Shown: one piece after another, positions 20,005-28,836 of the stretch
How positions within the stretch are numbered: position 1 is the first letter of the stretch
Layout: each line of letters starts with the position of its first letter
Origin: Candidatus Limnocylindria bacterium
GTDB lineage: Bacteria; Chloroflexota; Limnocylindria; QHBO01
Assembly (NCBI GenBank): GCA_038322875.1
Contig: JBBQGI010000001.1
Location: 20,372-84,371, forward strand
Length of the DNA: 64,000 nt
Direction of reading: 5' to 3'
Notes under the pieces: model-generated
Database searches by the model: none
What the model was told of the DNA's origin: nothing
The model's input: only the letters and a program-made list of their open reading frames with translations
Program-made: the position numbers and the translations under genes

Positions 20005-20020
20005 TGTCGGCAAATCGACA
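20005..20020. promoter_or_regulatory. CRP-like palindromic box TGTCGgcaaatCGACA
   Basis: perfect 5-N6-5 inverted repeat with the same spacing as the TGTGA-N6-TCACA CRP site, 8 nt after the Crp-family gene stop and ~110 nt upstream of next operon. Confidence 0.4.
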
Positions 20021-20132
20021 GAAAAAGGGTCGCGGACGGGATTCTCGTTTCTGAAGGGCGGACATATCGTTCGGATCAACGACGCTCACAACCTAGATGA
20101 GCGTGGACAACCAGATCGAGAGGTTCAAGGTC

Positions 20133-20408
20133 ATGTCTGAGCAGGATCCCAAGGACACCGAGGGACATAAGAAGACCCCATCGGCTTCCGGAGACGACAC
20201 CGAGGGCCATAAGCACACCCCGTGGTCGGCGACCGACGAGGACACCGAGGGTCACAAGCACACCCCATCGGCGTCGGATGACGACACCGAGGGCCACAAG
20301 CACACCCCATCGGCGAGCGACGACGACACCGAGGGCCACAAGCACACCCCGTGGTCGGCCAGCGACGACGACGACACCGAGGGCCACAAGCACCAGCCGG
20401 ACGCGTAA
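20133..20408 (+). CDS. small acidic His-rich tandem-repeat protein (six TEGHK[HK]TP repeats)
   Basis: ORF with GAGAGG SD-like sequence; six near-identical 14-15-aa repeats; stop abuts start of GAF gene (TAAATG). Confidence 0.6.
   Translation: MSEQDPKDTEGHKKTPSASGDDTEGHKHTPWSATDEDTEGHKHTPSASDDDTEGHKHTPSASDDDTEGHKHTPWSASDDDDTEGHKHQPDA
20155..20400 (+). repeat. in-frame ~42-45 bp tandem repeats (gacaccgagggccacaagcacacccc...)
   Basis: six direct repeats visible at nucleotide level. Confidence 0.85.
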
Positions 20409-21185
20409 ATGGTCGGGGATGACCACCTGACCGCCGCGCTCACTGCCCTCAGGGCGGTGGCGCGGCGGTCTTCTGTTGCGCGCAGGCTGCAGGGCGACGC
20501 CGAGGAGCGGCTCCTGCAATCGATCGTGGATGCCACGGCCAGCCTCTTCGATGCCGAGGCCTCTTCGATCGCCCTCTTCGAGAGCGATCCGGATCGGCTC
20601 GAATTTCGCGTTGCCGCCGGAGCCCAGGGCGCCGGCGCGGTCGGCCTGCAGGTCAAGCCGACCGAGGGGATCGCCGGGTTCGTCTTCTCGACGGGTCAGG
20701 CGCTGGCGCTGACCGATGTCGCCTCGGACCCTCGCTTCGACATCCAGGCCGCGAAGAAGACCGGGTACGTCCCGCGCTCGATTGCGGCGGTTCCGCTCCT
20801 GGACGACGACGGATCGGTCGGCGTCCTCCAGGTCCTCGACAAGCGTGGATCGCCGAGCTTCTCGCTGCGCGACATGGAGCTGCTGGCGATCTTCGCCCGG
20901 CAGGCAACGACGGCGATCACCGCGACCCGCGTGCAGCGCGACACCGGCCGAATGCTCGGCGAGGTGCTCCGCCAGATCGCGGACCAGTCATTGACCGACG
21001 ATCAGGTCGAAGCCCTGGTCTCAGACGCGACGCGCGACCTCGACGACAGGCCGGAGTCGCCCTTCTGGGAGCTCGTCAACCACGTTGCCGTGCTGCGCAG
21101 CCTGGGCGAGCGCGACCTCGCGCTGGTGAGCGAGATCCTCGCAGTGGTGGCGCGGCACGCGCAGCGATCCCGTCGACGAGCGTGA
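20409..21185 (+). CDS. GAF domain protein
   Basis: single GAF fold (~150 aa) plus ~90-aa helical tail; no output domain. Confidence 0.8.
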   Translation: MVGDDHLTAALTALRAVARRSSVARRLQGDAEERLLQSIVDATASLFDAEASSIALFESDPDRLEFRVAAGAQGAGAVGLQVKPTEGIAGFVFSTGQALALTDVASDPRFDIQAAKKTGYVPRSIAAVPLLDDDGSVGVLQVLDKRGSPSFSLRDMELLAIFARQATTAITATRVQRDTGRMLGEVLRQIADQSLTDDQVEALVSDATRDLDDRPESPFWELVNHVAVLRSLGERDLALVSEILAVVARHAQRSRRRA

Positions 21186-22060
21186 GTGGCCTCGACCTTC
21201 CGGCATGGACCGAGCCGTTCACCAATGTCCCTGGTCTCGCGCGGCGGATGCGACTGCGAGGCATCTCGCGTGACTGGGCATGGGGCGGGGCGACCGGCAA
21301 GGGGGTCCGCGTCGGCATCATCGACAGCGGACTGGAGACCGATCATCCCCGCCTCGCGGGCAGGGTGGTGCAGAGCGTCGCCGCCGAGCTGACGGAGGGG
21401 GATCCTGATCCGTACATCGTGCCCGACACGAGTGGCGACCTCTACGGTCACGCCACCGCCTGCGGCGGCATCATCCTGGGACTTGCGCCCGAGGTCGAGC
21501 TGATCTCGATCCGGGTCCTCGGCGCGGACCTGCGGGGCAAGGGCACGGCCTTTGCGGCCGGCCTCGAGTGGGCGATCGAGCAGGGCATCAACGTGCTCAA
21601 CCTGAGCCTTTCGTCGAAGAGCGAGGCGCTCTTCCCCGTCTTCCACGACCTGGTCGACCGCGCCTACTTCCGCGGCGTCAACCTCGTGAGCGCGGCGAAC
21701 AACGTGCCCGCGGCGAGCTATCCGTCGCTCTTCTCATCGGTCTTCTCCGTGGCGGCTCACGGCGAGCCCGACCCGTGGCGCCTCTACTACAACCCCGCCC
21801 CGCCGGTCGAGTTCGGAGCATGGGGCGTGGACGTGCCGATCGCCTGGAAGGACGGCGGCTCGACCGTGGCGACCGGCAACAGCTTCGCCGCACCGCATGT
21901 CGCGGGCATGGTGGCGCTGATCCTGTCGAAGCACCCGGGCCTGACGCCGTTCGAGGTGAAGGCGGTCCTCGCCGCGATCGCCAACAACCCCCGGCGGGTG
22001 AATGCCCCGCAGAAGGAGGACGCTAGCTCGCTGCGTGCTCCCGGCGGTGGAGGCGCTTGA
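21182..22060 (+). CDS. S8 family subtilisin-like serine peptidase, no signal peptide (cytoplasmic)
   Basis: catalytic triad motifs GIIDSG (Asp), HATACGG (His), GNSFAAPHVAG (Ser); GTGA overlap with GAF gene. Confidence 0.9.
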   Translation: MSGLDLPAWTEPFTNVPGLARRMRLRGISRDWAWGGATGKGVRVGIIDSGLETDHPRLAGRVVQSVAAELTEGDPDPYIVPDTSGDLYGHATACGGIILGLAPEVELISIRVLGADLRGKGTAFAAGLEWAIEQGINVLNLSLSSKSEALFPVFHDLVDRAYFRGVNLVSAANNVPAASYPSLFSSVFSVAAHGEPDPWRLYYNPAPPVEFGAWGVDVPIAWKDGGSTVATGNSFAAPHVAGMVALILSKHPGLTPFEVKAVLAAIANNPRRVNAPQKEDASSLRAPGGGGA

Positions 22061-22442
22061 TCAGCGCCTTCATGATCGGCACGGCCATTTGCGGATGCTC
22101 CTTGAGGAGCGCGGTGAACTCCCAGGAGACGAAGAGGATGCACTCCGTCTCCTCGATCGCCTTGACGCTCGCCGTACGCGGATGTTCCTCGATCAGCGCC
22201 AGCTCGCCGAAGAAATCTCCGGGGTAGAGCTCGCTCGGGGTCCGATCCTGGGCGCCGTCCTTCTCCGCTTCGGCCCGACCGCGCAGGATCACGTACAGGG
22301 CCGACGCCGGATCGTCCTGCCGAATGATCCATTCTCCGGCCGCATAGGTGCGCCGCACGCCCTGCTCTGCCAGTCGCTTGATGATCCTGTCATCAAGGTC
22401 ATGCAGCAGCGGGGCCGCAGCCAGGGTCTGCTCAAGGTCCAC
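22023..22442 (-). CDS. standalone cyclic nucleotide-binding (CNB) domain protein
   Basis: FGELALIEEHPRTASVKA signature; GTG start placed downstream of tRNA; convergent with S8 gene (38-nt overlap). Confidence 0.75.
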   Translation of the reverse strand: MDLEQTLAAAPLLHDLDDRIIKRLAEQGVRRTYAAGEWIIRQDDPASALYVILRGRAEAEKDGAQDRTPSELYPGDFFGELALIEEHPRTASVKAIEETECILFVSWEFTALLKEHPQMAVPIMKALIKRLHRREHAAS

Positions 22443-22465
22443 GTTGACTCCCTCGGGTGCTTGTT

Positions 22466-22541
22466 TGGAGCGGGAGACGAGGTTCGAACTCGCGACATTC
22501 AGCTTGGAAGGCTGACGCTCTGCCAACTGAGCTACTCCCGC
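22466..22541 (-). tRNA. tRNA-Gly (anticodon TCC)
   Basis: reverse complement GCGGGAGTAGCTCAGTTGGCAGAGCGTCAGCCTTCCAAGCTGAATGTCGCGAGTTCGAACCTCGTCTCCCGCTCCA folds as cloverleaf with TCC anticodon, encoded CCA. Confidence 0.9.
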
Positions 22542-22657
22542 CCGGCTGATACACGAAGCATACCTGCTCGTCTGGCGGGGTCCGCCCAGTATCCTCTGCG
22601 CAGGTACGTGGCGCGAGTGACGATCCCCGCCCTACACTCCGCGCTCAGGAGGTGACC

Positions 22658-22720
22658 CGTGGCTGACAAGACGCCAAAGCGACCACCCAAGCCAAAGAAG
22701 CCCAAGAAGCCCAAGGTCTG
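22658..22720 (+). CDS. candidate 20-aa Lys/Pro-rich small ORF (V/MADKTPKRPPKPKKPKKPKV)
   Basis: GTG start 7 nt after AGGAGGTGA Shine-Dalgarno; lies between tRNA-Gly and pirin gene. Confidence 0.25.
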
Positions 22721-22737
22721 AGGGCCGCGCCCTCGAA

Positions 22738-23712
22738 CTAAGGAGTCGAGCCGGCCGTGAGGCCGTGGACCGGCGGGATCTGACCCATGCGCCCGGCCTG
22801 GTAGTCGGCGATCGCCTGCAGGATCTCGTCCCGCGTGTTCATCACGAACGGGCCGTAGTGAGCGATCGGCTCGCCGATCGGTCGGCCGCCGAGCAGCAGG
22901 ATCTCCAGGGTCGGTGACGGACCGGCCGGCTGCCGGTCGGCGCTGACTGCCACGTGGTCCCCGGCTCCCAGCACCGCGAGCTGTCCCTCCCCGATCGGCG
23001 CCCCCTCGGGACCGACGCGCCCGCTCCCCGCCAGGACGTAGACCAGCGCGTTGAAATCGGTTCGCCACGGCACCTCGATGCGCGCCTCGGGATGCAGCGT
23101 GGCGTGCGCATAGGCGATCGGCGTATTCGTGGCTCCCGGTCCCGCGTGGCCGTCGAGCTCGCCGGCGATGATCCGGATCAGGGCCGAGCCGTCGGTGTTG
23201 GTGATCAGCGCCACCTGGTCCGGCACGATGTCCTGGTAGCGCGGCGGGCTCCACTTCATGCTCGCCGGCAGATTCACCCACAGCTGCACGCCGTGGAACA
23301 GGCCACCTGAGCGAACGAGGTATTCGGGCGGCATCTCCGAATGGACGATCCCCGCCCCCGCCGTCATCCATTGGGTCGCGCCGTCGCTGATCGTGCCGCC
23401 GCCACCCATGCTGTCGCGGTGCTCCAGCACTCCGTCCAGCATGTAGGTGACCGTTTCGAAGCCGCGGTGCGGATGATCGGGCGCCCCCTTGGCCTCGCCC
23501 GGCGCGTATTCGACCGCTCCCATCTGGTCGAGCAGGATGAAGGGGTCGACGATCGACAGGTCGATGCCGGGGAACGGCCGACGGACCGGGAAGCCCTCGC
23601 CCTCCAGGGCCCTGATGGCGGTGATCACGCCGAGCACCGGCCGCGACGCGCTGGTGGGCGGTAGGGAGGTCAGGCGAGGGAGGGCGAGCAGATTGGCGGT
23701 GACGGCTGGCAT
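22738..23712 (-). CDS. pirin family protein (bicupin)
   Basis: conserved HPHRGFETVTYMLDG...H.D motif and overall pirin similarity. Confidence 0.9.
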   Translation of the reverse strand: MPAVTANLLALPRLTSLPPTSASRPVLGVITAIRALEGEGFPVRRPFPGIDLSIVDPFILLDQMGAVEYAPGEAKGAPDHPHRGFETVTYMLDGVLEHRDSMGGGGTISDGATQWMTAGAGIVHSEMPPEYLVRSGGLFHGVQLWVNLPASMKWSPPRYQDIVPDQVALITNTDGSALIRIIAGELDGHAGPGATNTPIAYAHATLHPEARIEVPWRTDFNALVYVLAGSGRVGPEGAPIGEGQLAVLGAGDHVAVSADRQPAGPSPTLEILLLGGRPIGEPIAHYGPFVMNTRDEILQAIADYQAGRMGQIPPVHGLTAGSTP

Positions 23713-23808
23713 GGAACGCTCCCCGGAGTTGTAGTTGCTGGGTCAACTATAACCGATTGACGGGAGGAGCGGTAGGTCACGCCGTTTCGAGACCTTCGGC
23801 ACTCAGCG

Positions 23809-24975
23809 TTGGCGGCGGGCCTGGGGCATCCTCTCGGTGAAATGCACCGCAGCACCGCCGTTGCGCGCTGGCGCACGACAGCCCTCCTTGCCTCCATCCT
23901 CGGCGCCGCCGCATCGGCCTACCTGTTGGTGGAATACGTGACGGGCCAGCCAGGCGTATGCCTGACCGGCAGCGGCTGCGACCTCGTACGGGCGAGTGCA
24001 TATGCGTATCCGTTTGGCGTTCCGACGCCGCTGTTCGGCCTCGTCTTCTACGTGATCGCGGCCTGGCTGGTGCTCCGCTCCCTGGAGGGCGCGAGCGTGC
24101 TGGGATTTCGCCCGACGACCGTGCTTCTGGGCCTCGCGTTCCTCGGCGCAGGTGCCTCGATGGTATTGACGGCCCTCGAGGCCTTCGTCATCCATGCCTT
24201 CTGCAGCTGGTGCCTGGTGCAGGCTGGGGCGAGCCTCGTCCTGCTGGCCGCAGCCGTCTTACTCGGACGAGGGCGCCCGGAGCTCCCCGAAGCCCATTCC
24301 AGCCGAACTCGTCAGCAGGCAGCCCGCGAGCTGGAGAGCGAGCGGTCGAGCCTGCATCGGACCGCGCGCGCGGTCGGCGGCATCGCCGTCATCGCGGTCG
24401 TGGCGCTGCTGGCGGTCGGCGCCACCGGAGGGCTTCCGAGCGGCTCACCCGATCCTTCGACCCTGGCCCCCGCGGGCAGCCCCCACCTCGGCAACGGTGC
24501 AGTCGAAGTGGTTGAGTTCGCCGATTTCGAGTGCCCCGGGTGCGCGTCGGTGGCGCCGGCTCTCGCCGACCTGGCGACCTCCAATGCGATGACGCTCGTC
24601 TACCGCTACTTCCCGCTCGCTTCGATCCATCCGAATGCGGAAGCCTCCGCCCGGGCGGCTGCGGCCGCGGATCGGCAGGGCGCGTTCTGGCAGATGTCGA
24701 AGGGCCTTTACGCGCAGCAATCGGCGTGGGAGGCTCTCCCGGCGACCGACGCGGATGCGTACTTCCTGGCGCTCGCCGGTGATCTCGGGCTGGATGCGGA
24801 ACGCTGGCAGGTCGATTACGCGTCGGCAGAGGTCGCACGCTCGGTCAGCACCGATCTCGCTGCGGCACAGGCCCTCGGACTTTCCGGCACGCCAACCCTC
24901 TTCATCGCCGGCAGGCAATACACCGGGGCACTGAACGAGGAAGCCATCCGAGCAGCAGTCGCCGCCGCGTCCTGA
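23809..24975 (+). CDS. vitamin K epoxide reductase (VKOR) domain fused to DsbA-like thioredoxin domain
   Basis: N-terminal 5-TM VKOR with CxxC pairs (CLTGSGC, CSWC); C-terminal periplasmic Trx fold with CPGC. Confidence 0.85.
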   Translation: MAAGLGHPLGEMHRSTAVARWRTTALLASILGAAASAYLLVEYVTGQPGVCLTGSGCDLVRASAYAYPFGVPTPLFGLVFYVIAAWLVLRSLEGASVLGFRPTTVLLGLAFLGAGASMVLTALEAFVIHAFCSWCLVQAGASLVLLAAAVLLGRGRPELPEAHSSRTRQQAARELESERSSLHRTARAVGGIAVIAVVALLAVGATGGLPSGSPDPSTLAPAGSPHLGNGAVEVVEFADFECPGCASVAPALADLATSNAMTLVYRYFPLASIHPNAEASARAAAAADRQGAFWQMSKGLYAQQSAWEALPATDADAYFLALAGDLGLDAERWQVDYASAEVARSVSTDLAAAQALGLSGTPTLFIAGRQYTGALNEEAIRAAVAAAS

Positions 24976-25067
24976 TCGATCGGCCGGTCCGCGAAGGGCG
25001 GGCATTCGCATCGCGTGGTACTTCCGGGCGATGGTGAGGTCTGGTCGGGTTAGTTACGTTTGCCCGG

Positions 25068-27167
25068 ATGGCTACCGCTGTGCCGCGGCCAACCGACGCG
25101 TCCCCGCTCGCCCGCCCCTGGCAGGCAGGCTCTGCCGCGGTCGCGCGCCGCTGGCAGCAAGCGGCCCTGCTGCACGATCCGTTCCTGCTCTACACCGCTG
25201 CGCTGGTCCCGGTCGCCCTGGCGGTGGCGCTGCTCTCGAAGCAGCCGCGCGACCTGCCCACTGTTGCCATACTGAGCCCGGTCGCCATCGGGCTGCAGGT
25301 CATCCTGGGTGCCATTCCGGCACGCTCCCGGCCGATGACCAAGCTCGGATGGTCCTTCCTGCGCCTTGCCGTGACCCTGCTCTACGTGGCCGGCCTGGCC
25401 GAGCTGGTCGGTGGGCCCACCCATCCCATGTTCGGCCTCTACGTGCCGGTGGTGGTGGCAGCAGCCGCGCTGGGCACCAGCCAGGCGGTGGTCATCGGTA
25501 CCGTCGCCTCCCTCATCTACCTGGCACCCGAGCTGACAATCCCGGGATCGCACGCCGATGTTGCCCTGCGGGGGATCACCCTGGCCGGGGTCAGCATCCT
25601 GGTCGCGATCGGTACGCGGCGCCTGGTGATCACGGTCGAGCAGACGTCCGACCAGCTGCGCGCGGCGATGGTCTCTGAGCGTCGGCGATCGAGTCAGATC
25701 GCCGGCATGGAGGCCGTCAGCCAGGTGCTTGTCTCCGGCGTGCCGACGGCGGAGATGCTCGACCACGCCCTGGGCGTGCTGGTCGAGGTCTTCAACTACC
25801 ACTACGTCTCGATCTACCTGGCCGATGGCGATCGGCTGGTGCTCGGCGCGCAGCGTGGCTACGAGAACCCGCGCCAGTCGTTCGACGGAACCGAGGGGGT
25901 CGTCGGGCGTGTCATGCGCGGCCACGAGCTGGCGTTCGTGCCGGATATCGGGCAGGACCCCGACTACGTCGAGGTCTACCACGAGGTGGTGAGCGAGATC
26001 TGCGCCCCCCTCGTCGACAACGGCGAGTTCCTGGGCATCCTGAACGTCGAGGCGCGCCTGCCGCTCGACCGAACCGATCGGGACCTGGTCGCCACCCTGG
26101 CGGGCCGCCTGGCGATGGTGGTCGCGCTCGGGCGCGACCGGCAGGCGCTCGGCGAGCGTGCCGCCATCCTCCGCAGCCTGAACGAATTCACCAATGCCGT
26201 CAGCGGCGAGCTGGAGATGGACCGCCTCGGCGCGGCGGTGGTGGATGCGGTCCGCACCGTGATCCCGGCCGACATCGTGGCTCTCACCGTCCTCGAGCGA
26301 GAGACCGGGCGCTACCTGCTGGCTGCGGCGACCGACGTCGACCCATCGGTCCTGGGGCGCGAGATCAAGCCGGGCGAGGGGCTCGCCGGGAGGGCGATCA
26401 GGGACCGCACCGTGGTCGTCGACGACCACTACGAGCGCAGCCATTTCCCGGCGTCCTACCGGGACGCGGTAGAGCCGGCCACGATGGTGGGTGCCGGCAT
26501 TCCGCTGACGCGCGAAGGCGTCGTGGTGGGAGCGCTGTCGATCGTGCGGCGCGATCGGGCACAGCTGTTCCGGCCGCTTGAGCACGAGGCGATGGAGCTG
26601 CTCGCGGGGCATGCCGCGCTCGCAATTTCGAACGCCTTCCTGCACGCAGAGGTCGGCCTGCTGGCCACCCACGACCCTTTGACGGGGCTCTACAACCGCC
26701 GCTACTTCGACGAGGCGCTGCGACGGGTGATCGCCACCTGGCGGCGCTCCCTGCGCGGCCAGCGGCACGTGGTTGCGGCGATCATGTTCGACCTCGACCA
26801 CTTCGGCGATTTCAACAAGCAGCACGGGCACCAGATCGGCGATGAGGTGCTGCGCACCTTCGCGGGCGTGCTGCGTCGGCGGTTCCGTGACGCCGACCTC
26901 GTGGCCCGCTTCGGGGGTGAGGAGTTCGTGGTGGTGCTCGAGGGCGCGACACGCGACGACGCCGTGCGGATCGCCGACGAGGTGCGGGCGGCGCTGGCCG
27001 ACAAGCCGGTGTTAGGCGACGATGGCGCTCGGCTGCTGGTCACGGTCTCCGCCGGCTGCGCCGAGATCGATGAGGCCGAGCCGACCGGCGAACAGCTGCT
27101 GCGGACCGCCGACGTCGCGCTCTTCATGGCCAAGCGCGCCGGGCGCAATCGGGTGGTGGCGGCCTAG
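25068..27167 (+). CDS. membrane sensor diguanylate cyclase (multi-TM + tandem GAF + GGDEF)
   Basis: N-terminal TM block, two GAF-like regions, C-terminal GGEEF motif (RFGGEEFVVVL). Confidence 0.9.
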   Translation: MATAVPRPTDASPLARPWQAGSAAVARRWQQAALLHDPFLLYTAALVPVALAVALLSKQPRDLPTVAILSPVAIGLQVILGAIPARSRPMTKLGWSFLRLAVTLLYVAGLAELVGGPTHPMFGLYVPVVVAAAALGTSQAVVIGTVASLIYLAPELTIPGSHADVALRGITLAGVSILVAIGTRRLVITVEQTSDQLRAAMVSERRRSSQIAGMEAVSQVLVSGVPTAEMLDHALGVLVEVFNYHYVSIYLADGDRLVLGAQRGYENPRQSFDGTEGVVGRVMRGHELAFVPDIGQDPDYVEVYHEVVSEICAPLVDNGEFLGILNVEARLPLDRTDRDLVATLAGRLAMVVALGRDRQALGERAAILRSLNEFTNAVSGELEMDRLGAAVVDAVRTVIPADIVALTVLERETGRYLLAAATDVDPSVLGREIKPGEGLAGRAIRDRTVVVDDHYERSHFPASYRDAVEPATMVGAGIPLTREGVVVGALSIVRRDRAQLFRPLEHEAMELLAGHAALAISNAFLHAEVGLLATHDPLTGLYNRRYFDEALRRVIATWRRSLRGQRHVVAAIMFDLDHFGDFNKQHGHQIGDEVLRTFAGVLRRRFRDADLVARFGGEEFVVVLEGATRDDAVRIADEVRAALADKPVLGDDGARLLVTVSAGCAEIDEAEPTGEQLLRTADVALFMAKRAGRNRVVAA

Positions 27168-27898
27168 GCGGTCTCGCCCGAGATCTCGAAGGTGCCGAGG
27201 CGGCGGATCGCCAGCAGGGTGGCGCCGATCAATACCGCCGCTCCCACCACGATGGCCGTGGTCAGATCCAGGGGAGCGTCCAGGATCGCCTTGGGGATTG
27301 CGCCAATGGCATCGGCGAACGCCAGCGACTGCTGCCGGATGCTGAAGGTGCGGGTGCCGGCGAAGAGCCCCGCCAACAAGCCCTCCCAGATGAGCACGTA
27401 GGCAAGCCCGAAGACGAACGCGCGGCCGCTGACCAGGCTCAGCGCCACGAAGACCGCGCAATACAGCACTGAGCCGATGGCGGCGCCGGCGACCATGCCG
27501 AGCACCAGCCCGTCGCCGAGCCCGCCGGCGCTGATAAGGCCGGCCACCAGCATCGGGACGCAGGTCAGGACGACGGAACAGCCGGCCGCCACGGCCAGCT
27601 TGGTGAGCACGATCGTCACGCGGCTGACCGGCTTCGCGAGCAGGTAGACGGCCGTGCCATCTTCGATCTCACCGCCGATCGCGCCGGTGCCGAAGAGCAG
27701 CGCCACGAGCGGCATCAGGGTGCCGATCCCGAGGTTGGCGAGCAGCCCCGAGGTGAAGGGCAGCGCCCGCGCCTCCTCGCCGGCGAGCCGGAAGATCCCG
27801 GCGACCAGGATCAGCACCCCGCCGAGCAGGAACAGGAGGATCGTGCGCCGCCGGGAGAGCAGCTGGCGCAGGGTGATCCGCGCGATCACCCAGCTCAT
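27164..27898 (-). CDS. ABC-2 type transporter permease
   Basis: 6 TM helices, ABC-2 family topology; overlaps neighbours by 4 nt. Confidence 0.8.
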   Translation of the reverse strand: MSWVIARITLRQLLSRRRTILLFLLGGVLILVAGIFRLAGEEARALPFTSGLLANLGIGTLMPLVALLFGTGAIGGEIEDGTAVYLLAKPVSRVTIVLTKLAVAAGCSVVLTCVPMLVAGLISAGGLGDGLVLGMVAGAAIGSVLYCAVFVALSLVSGRAFVFGLAYVLIWEGLLAGLFAGTRTFSIRQQSLAFADAIGAIPKAILDAPLDLTTAIVVGAAVLIGATLLAIRRLGTFEISGETA

Positions 27899-28836
27899 CG
27901 GCGCACCAGGTAGCTGAAGACCGATTCGAGCGATTCATCGGTGGGGAGGAGCTCGTGCAGGCTGATCCCGTGGCGTCGTGCGATGCCGCTCACGGCGCGG
28001 CTGAACGCCCCGAAGTCGCTGGTTCGCACCGTCAGTATCCCGCCGTCGAGCGCCGCTCCCGCAACCTTCGGCTCGGCGAGGAGCGCCGACGCCAGGGCGC
28101 GATCGTTCGAGGAGCGGACCGTGAAAGTATGCGGTCGATCGGTCATCAGGCGACGAATCTCGCGGAAGTCGCCCGACGCGGCGAGCCGTCCGGCGACGAT
28201 CACCAATACGCGCTCGGCGAGGCGCTCGACCTCTTCGAGGATGTGCGACGAAAAGAGGATGGTGCGTCCCGCGGCCGCCATCCCGCGCAGCAGGTCCATC
28301 ATGTGCAGCCGCTGCCGCGGATCCATTCCGTTGAATGGCTCATCCAGCAGCAGGATCGACGGGTCGTGGACGAGCGCTGCGGCGACCTTGGCGCGCTGGC
28401 GCATCCCCTTGGAGTAGGTCCCGATCGGCCGGTCCGCGGCGTCCTGGAGCTCGACCAGGCCGATCGCGCGCGACGCCGCTTCGGCCGCCTCCCACGGCGC
28501 CATGCCCTGCAGCCGTGCGTTGGCAACGGCGAATTCGCGCCCGGTCAGGAAGGGATAGACGGCTTCGCGCTCCGGGACTAGGCCGATGCGCCGGTACATG
28601 GCGGGGTGGTGCCAGGACGGCTGCCCGCCCACCGTCACGCTCCCCGCGGAGGGGGCCAGGAATCCGGCAACCATGTGCAGGATCGTGGACTTGCCGGCGC
28701 CGTTCGGCCCGAGCAGGCCGGTCACGCCTCCCTCCAGCCGGAAGCTGATGTCGTTGACGGCGACCACGTTGCCGTACCAGCGCGAGGCGTTGACCAGCTC
28801 GACCATTGGCTCGGCTGTCAGAACGGCTTGATTCAT
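27895..28836 (-). CDS. ABC transporter ATP-binding protein
   Basis: Walker A GPNGAGKST, signature YSKGMRQR, Walker B LLLDEP; ATGA overlap with upstream permease. Confidence 0.85.
   Translation of the reverse strand: MNQAVLTAEPMVELVNASRWYGNVVAVNDISFRLEGGVTGLLGPNGAGKSTILHMVAGFLAPSAGSVTVGGQPSWHHPAMYRRIGLVPEREAVYPFLTGREFAVANARLQGMAPWEAAEAASRAIGLVELQDAADRPIGTYSKGMRQRAKVAAALVHDPSILLLDEPFNGMDPRQRLHMMDLLRGMAAAGRTILFSSHILEEVERLAERVLVIVAGRLAASGDFREIRRLMTDRPHTFTVRSSNDRALASALLAEPKVAGAALDGGILTVRTSDFGAFSRAVSGIARRHGISLHELLPTDESLESVFSYLVRR

Noticed and set aside
22466-22541. tRNA-Gly as an integration site for a mobile element
   Set aside because: No integrase, transposase, direct repeat of the tRNA 3' end or phage-like genes were seen on either side.
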